64,000 bases of DNA from Selaginella moellendorffii (Eukaryota > Plantae > Lycopodiophyta): the NCBI RefSeq assembly GCF_000143415.4, contig NW_003314424.1, forward strand, positions 37,194 to 101,193. The letters are read 5' to 3'. The notes beneath the pieces were generated by a model, which saw only the letters and a program-made list of their open reading frames with translations, ran no database searches and was not told the origin of the DNA. Below are positions 46,200 to 58,220 of the stretch, piece by piece (position 1 is the first letter of the stretch; each line of letters starts with the position of its first letter). A program made the position numbers and the translations under genes.

Positions 46200-49060
46200 T
46201 GTGACGTGCTCCCCTGCCCGGCAATGGCTTTGTCCTCCTCCTCCGTGGATGGAGGAGGACATGGGTTTAGGGTTTAACCCTAAACCCTAAACCGTGCATG
46301 GAGGAGTGGCTTCCTCCTCCATGCAAGGACGCCTTCTAGGCCTGCGCTCAGGGGACCTGCGTGAGCTATAGGCATCCATCCTGCTGCTACCTGGCCCGCT
46401 GCTGCTACGGCTCTCTGAAGCTGCTCCACAAACTAGGTGTTGCCAGACAGGAAAACTTTGGTCGAGGAGAAACCCTTCACGTCTAAACCAGTGGCTGCTT
46501 CTGCAAACAGCATAGCCGATGCTACACACTCAGAATCATCCTGCTCGCCATGGACCTTGAGCCATTCGGGAATACCCGTGAGGAAACTAATAATCAGGAA
46601 GTAGAAACCTTCTCCGAGTAAACACTTTTAGAATTACATGGGTTGGCAAGGCTGCCTTGTGTTGCCCAAACAGTGTAATTACCCTAGCCCGGCACCTTGT
46701 CGTAGTTGTAGTGTGCAAACAAGACACTGAGGCGGAGACGGTTTTCCACCCAAGCGCCCAGCTTGAAGACGAGCATCGTTGAACACCTGGTATGCAGCCC
46801 TGTCGCAGAAGAAGAGATCGCTCTTCTTTCCATCCTCGTCCAGAGGAGTGCCCATGTTACGAACCGGAAAGTAACCATACTTCTTGGCTTCCACCTCATC
46901 GAGTCCGATCACCGGGTGGATCTTGCCTGGAACGGTGCCCAACCGGCAATGGCTTCGTCCTCCTCCTCCGTGCATGGAGGACATGGAGGAGTGGCTTCCT
47001 CCTCCATGCAAGGACGCCTTCTAGTTCTAGGCCTGCGCTCAGGGGAGCGTGACCTCTTGCTCCTGCGCGAGCTAGAGGCATCCATCTTGCTGCTAGGCTC
47101 CCTGGGATCCATTCCATCGTTGGCCCTGCTGCGAGGCTCCTAGCTGCTAGTCCTGCGCCTGGAATAATCCTTATGCCTGCCCGCTGGAAGCTCTGGCCTG
47201 TGAAACCTGCTGCTAGGCTCGTTGCTCCTGCGCCTGGGATCAATGCTACGCTTATCGTCGTCCCTGCTGCTACTCTGGCCTGTGAAACCTCCTGCGGGTG
47301 GTTCGACGCCGCTGCTGCGATACGAACTTTTAGGGCTGTAGGCCGATGGGGCATGGTCGCTGCTCGGTGTGCTCGATCAGGAGAGATTACGCGCGGAGGA
47401 GCCGGCGCAAGAGAATGGGGTTGAAGAACAAGGCAAGGCGGAGGTCAGATCGTCTGAGCACAAGATGAGCTACCAGCGTCACCGGTGCTCACGTCTCGCG
47501 GCGCAAAGGTCGATTCAAGGAGCATGAGCTCATCGAATTTACTACGCATATTCTCCCTCCAGGTATTTGGGAAGAGAGAAGCGAAGATATTTTCGGTTAT
47601 TGATTCCTTTCGTGGGCTTTGCCTCTCATCCGAGCTTGTCATGAATACAATGAGTTAGAGATTCGTCTCGTGATAAACATCGCACAGGTCTGCAAAAAAA
47701 AGCTCTTTTTTTCGCTACTAACAACTGAGAACTTTCCTCTCGCAAATGCAACGCGGTAGTCATGCTGCGATTCTTACAGTCTGCTTTGTTTTTTGTTTTG
47801 GCATTTGTAAGTCGACACGAATTTTTCAGGCGTTGACGAGCTAAAAGATCAAAAGGATTGCAGAAGTCTTTTTCTTTAGACAAACCTTTATTCAACTTTA
47901 TTGTCGATATTGCATTTGCGGCGCTCCAGAAAACTTCTAACAGCAGCTTTCCACGCAGGCACTGTAGATGGGACTCCAATCCCCCTCAGGCACGCCCAGC
48001 CTTCCCCCTGATACGAGTAGTCTCGCCACGATTCGTTGAAGCATTCTTCCTCGGCTTGAGAGCAGCTCTGGCTCGTTACGTGCCACACCCGGAATGGAAC
48101 GTCATGAGGCCTGTCCACTGCCAATCGCTGCACAAAAAGCTCCTGCAAACCAGCGTAGTCTTTCCTGAGCAGCTCCACAAACTTGGTGTTGCCAGACACG
48201 AAAACTTTGGTCAAGGAGCAGCCCTTCACGTCTAAACCAGTGGCTGCTTCTGCAAACAGCATAGCCGACGCTACACACTCAGCATCATCCTGCTCGCCAT
48301 GGACCTTGAGCCATTCAGGAATAATCTGCAAGTAAAAGAATAATCAGCCGGTACAAACCTTCCGAGTAAACACTTGTAAACATCACCTTCTTTCCTCGGG
48401 TTGGCAACGCTGCCTTGTGTCGCCCAAACAATGTGATCACCCTCCAGCCCGGTAAGTTGTCGTAATTGTGGTGTACGAACAAAACACCCAGGCCGAGACG
48501 CTTTTCCACCCATGCGCCCAGCTCAGTTCCTCGGAGACGGGCGTCGTTGAACACCTGGTAGGCAGCCTTGTCACAGTAGAAGAGGTCACTCTTCATTCCA
48601 TCCTCGTCTAGAAGAGTGTCCTTCGCACGAGCTGGAAAGAAGCCATATTTCTTGGCTTCCACCTCATTGCCGGGTGGATCTTGCCTGGAATGGGGGCCCA
48701 GCCGGCAATGGCTTCGTCCTCCACCTCCTCTGTGCAAGTGGCTTTCTCCTCCATGCAAGGACGCTTGCTGCCGCTAGGCCTGCGCTCAGGGGAGCGTGAC
48801 CTCTTGCTCCAGCTAGAGGCATCCATCCTGCTGCTAGGCTCCCTGGGATCCATTCCATCGTTGTCCCTGCTGCTAGGCTCCTTGGTCCTGGGCCTGGGAT
48901 CCATTCCATCGTCACTCCTGCTGTTAGTCCTGCGCCTGGAACTGCTGCTATGCCTATCGTCGTCCCTGGTGCTACGGCGCCTGCGGCTGGCCCTCCTGCG
49001 TGTGCTAGGATGGTCTGACTGCGAATAAGAGTGCTTGCCTGAGCGCCAGTCGTCAAAGTC
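46200..49060 (-). pseudogene. Tandem copies of an unrecognised gene family (fragment 46200-46410; copy A ~46430-47360; copy B ~47440-49060)
   Basis: Shared segments MDPREPSS, RSRSPERRP, EAIAGWAP, EVEAKKYG.FP, DLF.CD.AAYQVFNDARL and IPEWLKVHGEQDD in both copies; frameshifts at different positions. Confidence 0.65.
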
Positions 49061-50200
49061 CGGATCGAAACTGCTGCTGCGACCCGAGATTAGGGCTAGC
49101 GTATTTCAATAAATCCCCTTTAACTCAAGCGAATGTGCGACGTGCCAGTCAGTTTGTGTTACATCATTCGCTGCGTAGATGGATTGTCATTGTTTTTGTG
49201 GTAGTTTTCTGATTTTGTGTGTAGAAGTTTCTTTCTCTTCGTTGCTAGATTTCTTACGCTTTTTTCGCTTTCGGATTACTGTTTGTCGTTCAGACTCTTC
49301 TAAAATTTTTCTTTATGGTTCCAGTTTCATCGCAGAAATACGAAGACCTTGAGAACAGCCTCAACAAAACAACCTGCATTGTCACAGCATCGGGGCCGAA
49401 AAGAAGTACAAGCAAGATCGCAGCTTGTAGAGGAAATATTGTTCTTCTCAGGTACCGGAAAGACATTGCTGGACACAGCTGAAGCTCCTCCATCTTGAAT
49501 TCCGAGCTCGAGAGCCCGACTTGCTTGAGATAAGTAAAGATCGTGCTTCCAACAAGTGGTGGTGATGGTGATGGTCCATAGAAACGGCCATGACAGGTGA
49601 AAGATTTCAGCCAGTGACAAGCTTTCATGGTGAAGGTGACGGTGAAAGCGACGCCGCCGGTGATGAAACCTCGGTGTTTAAAGGATGATAGCTTCGTATC
49701 CTTCCATGACTCTAGAGAGAAATTCCCACTTTCATTTTGATTCTTCAACTCAAAAACTCAATCTTTGTTCCTGGCTTTTTCCTTTACAAGATCAAGCACA
49801 CGAATGCAAACTCTTTGGAGCATTTAACTTGTCGGAAGCACTGGCTGGGATACCGAGACAAGCCACCCCAAGTACTTTCCAAAGTGCGAGATGGAAAACA
49901 AAAATTGGAATCGAGCCTGGAGGAACTCTTGTTGTGGAGCACGAGACAAGCAGCGAAGGTTTCTTCGGTGCTCACCGTCTGGACCCCAGCCAAGTAACCA
50001 TACTTTAGGAGTGAAGATCTCATTATTATCAGCATGGAAAAATCACCGGAATAAAAGCTTGAGGAGAAAGTACCTGGCAGTACTAAGCCCACGAAACACA
50101 TTGCCAACACTTGGGACTGCGAGTATAAATCAACAATGGCACATGGAGAATGTGGATTGTATAAAGTGGTGCCGCAATCTTGCTGGATTGCTGCACCGGC

Positions 50201-50553
50201 CCTAAATGCGTGAAATCCTAAACACGCCTAAATCCTAAACCTCAAACCCTAAAAACCCTAAACCCTAAACCCTCCAGCATTCGGTAAGAGTCATGCTGTG
50301 CAGTCCATGGGCATGGCCTTGGGACCACATCTGCATGCTTACCAGGCGAGGGGGAGGGAGGCAGCAATGTGGTCCTCCACGCTTTCAAGGGAGGCAAGTC
50401 TCAAGGGCGGTGTGGCTGCTTGGCAAGGGCTAGCGTCATGCAGTGGGAAAGGGGAGGGGCCCCACCTGCCGTGCAACAGAGGAAGGAAGGGGGGAGGACT
50501 CTCCTAGGCCCAAAGCGTGGGGAGAAAGTGTAGGGTTTAGGGTTTAGGTTTAG
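50201..50553. repeat. GC-rich ~260-bp segment bracketed by (CCCTAAA)n on the left and (TTTAGGG)n on the right
   Basis: Degenerate CCCTAAA units at 50201-50272; TAGGGTTTAGGGTTTAGGTTTAG at 50531-50553. Confidence 0.8.
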
Positions 50554-50879
50554 TCCAGAAAGCTAGTTGTCTCAAACCATAAGAAAAGAGACACTCTAAC
50601 CTGGAAGTGTGTTTACAATCAGAAATGTTCTTAGATTATCTATATGGGAGGCTTCTAGCCGAAGTGTTTCTGTGTTTGTTAGTAATAGGATTAAAAGTTT
50701 TTCTTTTTTCTTCTTTTTTTGTTGTTGTGTTTCTTTAGTTTTGTTTCATTTACTTGATGTAAGCAACCAAAGAGAACGACTTGAGAAACGATCTATGGGC
50801 TTCAAATATAAAGGGAAAAGGGCCCATGAACAAGAGTGCACCTCCTTTTCCAATCGGTTAAGGGTCTTGGGATAGTTGG

Positions 50880-50935
50880 AATTAAGCATCCTTGGGTTTG
50901 AATCGTACTGAGCTGGGTGACCTCCCGGGAAGTCC
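50880..50935 (+). ncRNA. 5S rRNA-derived internal promoter segment (A box-IE-C box) in the TRIM LTR; second copy at 61451-61506
   Basis: AATTAAGCATCCTTGGG...GTACTGAGCTGGGTGACCTCCCGGGAAGTCC aligns with plant 5S AGTTAAGCGTGCTTGGG...GTACTAGGATGGGTGACCTCCCGGGAAGTCC. Confidence 0.85.
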
Positions 50936-52258
50936 AAACTCAGGAGCTTACATTTGGTATCGAAGAGGGTCTTGGGTCCGACTCTATTGGTTGGCTAGGG
51001 GAATCTCACCACATGTTGATTGACATCTGGTTGGTCCAGTTTGCTCCCACTGGGCTCGACCTGAGGGGTAAAGTGTCAAGAGAGTTGGGCTCTCAGGAGA
51101 GCTACGGCTCTACTTCCATTCACGAGGGCGTGAACTTGCAGGGAGGCGTGGTGGATTGTAAGCAACCAAAGAGAATGACTCTGTAAGCCACAAAATTTTT
51201 CCTTTCCAATTTGCTAGCTTACCTCGTTTATCTGACCAACACTGCCTTGGCTTTTACTAAGTTCCCTCGCCAAGGTTCTCGCCTATTGTACCAACTCCTA
51301 CTTGGTCCTACTCAGTTTCAACTACTCACTGCACGAGCAACAGAGTGTTAGCCATCCATCCACGGATTCCCAAATCTCTCCCAATCCCCCTCCCCGGGTT
51401 AGACTGGACTTAAGGTTCGGCTACACTCCCCGCAGGCACAAGCAGCCAAGCACACCAAGCCTCCAGATTCCTAACACCCCTTGGTACCACAAGACTTGAT
51501 CATGGGACCCTCTAAATCCCAAGCCTTGGGTGGAGCACTTGCTTCGGGACGTCGGGGCGAAACACCGTGGCCTAACGGCCCGGTATGGGTACCTCTACCC
51601 CCCCACTTCCATCCCGAAGGGAAGGCCCAAGCCCCTAGGGAGGGCGAGGACCAATGAGCCACAAGGTACTCAAGTGGGGCACCACTCCACATGAGCCAGG
51701 AGCACCACAGTCGGTTTCCTTTTCGGGAGTGGGAGTTGCTCTTGAGCACTTCCCTGGGTGGCCCCTCCGGCACCACTCAAGCCCATGCTCACTCCCACCC
51801 AAGGCCTTTTGGGGTTCCTTTAGCCTACGACACCTCGGCAAGTTGGCTCCTTACAACTCCACCACCCATAGAAGAAGTTCGATGCCCACATCGAACGTCT
51901 CGTTTTATCCTACGACTTGTTGACCATGTCTCCGGGGGCATCCCCCCACTTAACGGTGTGCCTAAGTTAGCCTCCCCGGCCAAGAGCCCATGACAACGGA
52001 ATATAGGTGTCCCTATACCCCTCACCTCACCACGCCCTAGTATAGGGTCGGGACTTGAACCCAGCCTTGCTTTACTAGGGGGTTGGGACTCGAACCCAAC
52101 CTCCATAGAATACGTCTACGGATTCGACATCCCCGCGGGGAGTCGGGCGTAGTGCCCTACGCCTGGTCGACCTATCCAACCCATGCTAATTAGCTTACCT
52201 TCGGTGCGCCTTCGGGTCCCAACATGTGCCATTTGCTCAACTTTGCAAATTGATATTT

Positions 52259-55200
52259 TTAATTGAATTTTGCATAAGTACATAGAGTTCTGCCTTGCAA
52301 AAATTCCTCCACTAGATCTCGTGCATTCGCTAGGTTCTTCTCCGGTTCCCATGTTGCTTCGCAGTGTGGAAATCCTTTCCACTTCACATGGAACTCTCTC
52401 ACCTTGTGTCCTTGTCGCTTGCTCTTGCGCGCATTGAGGATGGCCTCGACTTCGTATTCCTCTTCCCCTTGGATAACCTCAAGTAAAGGTCTCACTTGGT
52501 CCTTACGAAGCGGATCCTCAAAGTACAGCTTGAGTAAGTTCACGTGGAACACTGAGCATCTTCCCCATCTCTCGAGGAAGTCGGAGTCGGTAAGCCACTT
52601 TACCGATTCGTGCCTCAATCTCGTAAAGCCCCGCAAACCTGCTTAAGGAACTCAAGATCAATTCATTTACAGGAATACATGCATCTTTACCTTTGGGTCA
52701 ACTTTCGGCTGATCCCACTTGGTAGTCTGAGGTTCTCGGTGTTCAGCCACACTTTTTCCCCAGCTTGGAACTCTACATCCCGACGCTTCTGGTTCGCGTA
52801 TCTGGTTTGCCTTTGTTGAGCCCATTCCAAGGATCCCTCACTAGATTCCAAATGCTGAGTCTTTCCGCCGTGATGCCTCCACTGCGGGCAACTCTCCGTG
52901 ATACTCGGCCACGCCGAGTTCCACAGGACCTTCAATAGCTCGCCCATTGATGACTTCCCATGGACTCACCCGGATACTCGAATGTGGTGAGTTGTTATAA
53001 CACATTTCCACAAGTCCCAAATGACTTACCCAATCGGTCTGGTCTCCCGAGACATAGCATCGCAAATAATCCTCCAGCTGCCTATTCACCCTTTCCGTTT
53101 GTCCGTCTGTCAAGAAGTGTTAGTTCCAACAACTTGACTTAATACCCCATACTTGTCTGTGGGTGATAGGCTGTGCTGAATTTCAACTTGGTGCGATACT
53201 GTTCCAGGAGAGTCCTCCAGAACTTACTGGTGAAGATCTTATCTTGATCTGAGATGATCTTTTCCGGTCTTGCCCGCACTCGAACCACTTGTTCGAAGAA
53301 TAGCTTCGCCACACCTTCCGCATCCACCTCCGTTGTGGTGGGTATGAAATGTGCCATTTTCGAAAATCGGTCCACCACCACGAATATCGCATCAAACCCC
53401 TCGCTTGGGGGGAGTCCCGTGATGAAGTCCATCGTAAGACATTTCCACGGACGATCTGGAATTGGGATGCTTTGCAACAAGCCCCCACTAGCCTTAGTCA
53501 CGGCTTTTACCTGCTGACATGTTGGACATGTCTTTACATAGTCTTGGACGTCCTTAGCCATATCTGGCCAATGGTACTTCCTCTTGAGTAAGCCCATCGT
53601 CTTGGGCACTCCGCCGTGTCCCGCAAGAGGTCCGTCATGACACTCTTCTAAGGCCACATTCCTTAGTTCCCCTTCTAGAACATAGACCCTCATTTTCTTG
53701 TAATAGATGAGTCCGTTGCGTTCCGCATAGCCCGTTTTCTCTTCCGTTGGCAGCTCACCTCTCTGGTGGGCTTCCCGTGCCTCTAGATTCCTCAGCAACA
53801 CTTCTTGTGCTAGACCATCGTTCTCATATGCTGTCCGCACATCGTCCCAGAAGGTTGCTGTTGCACTGGATATTGCCAACCTCAAGCTCGCTTTTCGACT
53901 TAGCGCATCCGCCACGATGTTGCTCTTCCCAGGCTTGTACAGAATCTCGCAATCAAACTCGGCCAAGGCATTGGCCCACCGACCTTGTTTCCCTCTCAGG
54001 TCGGGCTGTGACAAGAAGTGTTTCGTTGCCACATTGTCCGTGTAAACCTTGAAGTGTCTCCCAAGGTAGTGTCGCCACTCCTTGAGCGCCTTGACCACCA
54101 CAAACAATTCCTTCTCGTGGGCAGGCCACTTCCGTTGAGCCTTGTCCAACTTCTTCGAGAAGAACGCTACCGGATGGTTGTCTTGCTTCAAAACTGCGCC
54201 CAACGCAAAGTCTGAAGCATCCGTTTCTACCTCAAAGTCCTTACCAAAGTCTGGCAATGCCAATACGGGAGCCTTCCTCAACTTCCCTTTGAGGTGGACG
54301 AATGCCGCCTCGCATTCTGCTGTCCATACCATCTTTCCTTTTTCTGTTTGGTCTGTTAAGGGCAGGGCTACTCTCAAATAGTGTCTGATAAACTTTCGAT
54401 AGTAGTTGCATAGCCCAAGGAATGCCCTCAACTCGTGTACATTCGATGGTCGCTCCCATTCCTGGATCGCTTGGACCTTCTCCGGGTCCACCTTGAGCCC
54501 GTCCTGGCCCACCACATGCCCGAGAAACTTTACCTCTTGTTGAGCAAAGTCACATTTGCTCTCTTTAGCATACAGTTTGTGTTCCCTTAGTTTCTCAAAC
54601 ACCTTCGCCAAGTGTTCGGCATGTTCCTCTAGCGTCTCGCTATAGATCAGGATGTCGTCAATATAGACGACCATGAAGTGATCCAAATAGGGTACAAAGA
54701 TGTGGTTCATTAGTGCCGAAAACGTTGCCAGCGCATTACATAGCCCGAAGGGCATCACCAGAAACTCAAAGCTCCCATACCTCGTTCGACAGGTTGTCTT
54801 CTCGACATCTTCCTCGGCTACCCTAATCTGGTAGTATCCTGACCTTAGGTCAATTCTCGAGAAGTATCTTGCCTTTCCCAACCTATCGAACAGGTCCTCA
54901 ATCCTTGGCAAAGGGTACTTGTTCTTTTTTGTATACTTGTTGAGCAACCGGTAGTCTATGCACATCTTTCTTTTTCACAAATAACACCGGCGCCCCATAC
55001 GGCGACTTGCTCAACCTAACATACCCTTTGTCCACCAACTCCTCTAGTTGGCACTTGAGCTCCTTGAGTTCTTTTTCGTTCAAACGATAAGGGGGGCGAA
55101 CCACCGCCTCAGCACCCTCGACCAGCTCAATCTTATGTTCTATCGGTCGTGCTGGGGGTAGCCCCGCCCGTAACTCCTCCGGCATGGTATCCTGGAATTG

Positions 55201-57013
55201 GTCCAACACCCGCTGGATCACTAAAGGTACTTCTTCCAAACCTGTCTTTTTTGTCACTCTTCACCGAGAGTAAGCACAAAAAGGCCGCCTTAGTTCCTTT
55301 AGTGAGTTGTCCTCTCGTGGACACCAGGTTTAAGCAGGAATCTTTGGCCTTGCTTTGCCCTACCTTTAGATCTTGGGCCTCCACCTTAGATCTTCTTCCT
55401 TGGGCATTCGCCAGTACCACAAGGTTTCTACCTTGTCCATGCAGGGCTACCACGAATCGATTGAACCAGTCCATTCCGAAGATCACGTCAAATCCCACCA
55501 TGTCCAACACGGTGAAATCCATGTCCACCTTCCAAGTCCCCACTTCGACTCTCGCTTGTCGAAGTACCTCATCGGTGCTTTGGCTACCTTGAACAAACTC
55601 TATAGTCCTTGGTTCGCCTAGCCGCTGCACCGTTAGTCCGGCTTGCCGGACTATGTCTACAGCCACAAAATTATCCGAAGCACCCTTGTCAATAAGGATC
55701 TTAACAAAGCTACCTCCGAACTTCCCTCAGAAGGCTAGTAGATGTCGCGAACGACTCTCTACCAAAGTTGCTCGTGTAATGAGTAACTTTGAGTTAGGGA
55801 CTGGATCACATACCTCAGTTTGGACTTCACCCGACTTGATGGCCATATTGGCTCTGGCCTTTTTCGGGTAGGGACATTCCCTCGAGAAGTGTCCCGCTTC
55901 ACCGCAGTTGTAGCATACGTTGTTTCCCACGCTGCTATACGACTTGACCTTTTTATCCGTGGGTTTGTCTCTTTTCGTTTGACTCCCCCACGTACTCGCT
56001 TGCTGGCCACCGGATCTGCCTTTCCGGAACCCTGAGGACTCATTCTTAGAGAAAATCTTCTTGAATTTCCCTCTGCTAAACGTTACCCTTGGTTTGGCCC
56101 CTTTGCTAAACGTGGATCCCGACCCTGTCGTGTTCCCCTTTCGTAGGTTATCGTTGAAATGCACCTTGATGGCCGCATCCAACGCTTCTTTGTAGTTGGT
56201 CGGGTTCCACCGCATTACTTTGCCGCGAGCCCAGGTTTGCAAACCTGATATGAAGGCATGGAACGCATCCATATCCCCCATGTCCGTGACAAGTATCCTC
56301 TTTGCCATGAACCCATTCACATACTCCTGAATGGTTCCGGTCTGCTTCAGCCTACTCAGCTCGTCCCTTAGATGCAGAGTAGCATTCAGAGGAACGTAAG
56401 TTGCGCAGATCCTCGCCTTCATCATTTCCCAAGTGGCCACCGGTCCTTCGTTGGCCTCAGTCGTTCTCCACCAAGACTTGGCATTATCTGCCAAGTATGG
56501 TTTTGCACATGGGACCTTCTCCGAGCTCGGTAATCGCAAAGCTCGGAAGTAGTCCTCTATATTGTAAAACCAATCCTCCACCACCTTATAGTCGTTCACT
56601 CCCTTGAAGACCGGTGGGGGCTTTGGTTTGTACTTGGGAATTGCCTGAGGGACTGATTCCACTTCGGTCTATTCGACCTTGTCTGGTTTTGCCTCAGTCT
56701 CTGCTGAAGGGTCCGCGCCTTCTGCGCTGCCAGCATCTGCAGTCTTTTGCTTTTTCTTCCGCTTCTCATCACGCTTTAGCTTGCGTACCAGAGTTTCTAG
56801 CAGGGCATTGGTTTGTGCCAATTGTCCTTCTAGAACGTCCAATCGAGCCTTGGACGACCGAACCTCACCACCAGACTCCTGTTTGGAAGTTGCCTCACTG
56901 GAGTCCTCCTCATGCAAGGATTCCTCATCCATAGCCTCCTGTTCGACCGGAGGCTCCAGCTCTGGAGGAGGTTCCGTCTCTGCTTGGGTTCGCTTACGTC
57001 CTGCCCTTGCCAT
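52259..57013 (-). pseudogene. Chromovirus gag-pol polyprotein (gag, CCHC, protease, RT, RNase H, integrase, chromodomain), disrupted
   Basis: CYNCGEAGHFSREC; [10 protein letters not shown]; ETDASD; MDFITGLP; EEEYEVEAIL...VKWKGF...ATWEP. In-frame stops at 56669 and 55727, frameshifts, and a 42-bp insert at 53112-53153. Confidence 0.95.
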
Positions 57014-58220
57014 CTCCCAGCAATCCGCCTCTATCCTTCGCTAGAACTGAAGAAGAGGCTCCGATACCAAATTGTAAGCCACAAATTTTTCCTTTGCAAT
57101 TTGCCAGCTTACCTCGTCTATCCGACCAACTCTGCCTTGGCTTGTGCTAAGTTCCCTCGCCAAGGTTCCCGCCTATGGTACCAGCTCCTACTTGGTCCTA
57201 CTTGGTTTCAGCTACTCACTGCACGAGCAACGGAGTGTTAGCCATCCATCTACGGATTCCCAAATCTCTCCCAATCCCCCTCCCCGGTTAGACTGGACTT
57301 AAGGTTCGGCTACACTCCCCGCAGGCACAAGCAGCCAAGCACACCAAGCCTCCAGATTCCTAACACCCCTTGGTACCACAAGACTTGATCATGGGACCCT
57401 CTAAATCCCAAGCCTTGGGTGCAGCACTTGCTTCGGGACGTCGGGGTGAAAAAACGTGGCCTAACGGCCCGGTATGGGTACCTCTACCCCCCCCCTTCCA
57501 TCCTGAAGGGAAGGCCCAAGCCCCTAGGAAGGGCGAGGACCAATGAGCCACAAGGTACTCAAGTGGGGCACCACTCCACATGAGCCGGGAGCACCACAGT
57601 CGGTTTCCCTTTCGGGAGTGGGAGTTGCTCTTGAGCACTTCCCTGGGTGGCCCCTCCGGCACCACTCAAGCCCATGCTCACTCCCACCCAAGGCCCCTTG
57701 GCCCCAGTCTCAACCTCAAGTCAGTTTGAAAGCACCACTGGAGAGTTCCTTCAAGACTAGTTCCTGGACCTCACTATCCCTACTATACTTTTGGAACCCC
57801 CTGCAGCCCCCCCCCCTGGGAGACGCACGCTTTGGGCTTTCACCCCTTGACCTGTATTAGTATTTGGACTTAGTCTCTAGCTCGATCTTGGACCCGATTT
57901 CGGATCTGACTTCGGATTCGGTCTCGGACTCAATCTCGGACTCGATCTCGGACCCAATCTCGGACCCGACCTCGGACTTGACCTCGGACTCGGTCTCAGA
58001 CCCAATTTCGGATCTCGGACTCCGTCTCGAACTCGGTCTCGAACCCGGACTCGAACTCGGTCCCCGAGTCGGTCTCAGACTCAATTCCGGACTCTATCTC
58101 GAACTCTGTCCTAGAGTCGGTCTTGGACTCAATCTTCGACTTGGTCCCATCCGATTAACTCTTTGTCATTTTGGTCATGCTTTTGGGGTTCCTTTAGCCT
58201 ACGACACCTCGGTGAGTTGG

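Noticed and set aside
49290-50205. Short ORFs on both strands
   Set aside because: No recognisable domain or defensible exon model.
50880-50935. Functional 5S rRNA gene
   Set aside because: Only a ~56-bp internal part matches, it lies inside a TRIM LTR, and there is no 5' end or oligo-T terminator.
50758-51181. Retrozyme (hammerhead-bearing LTR element)
   Set aside because: No CTGANGA...GAAA hammerhead core was seen in the TRIM or family A/B LTRs by eye.
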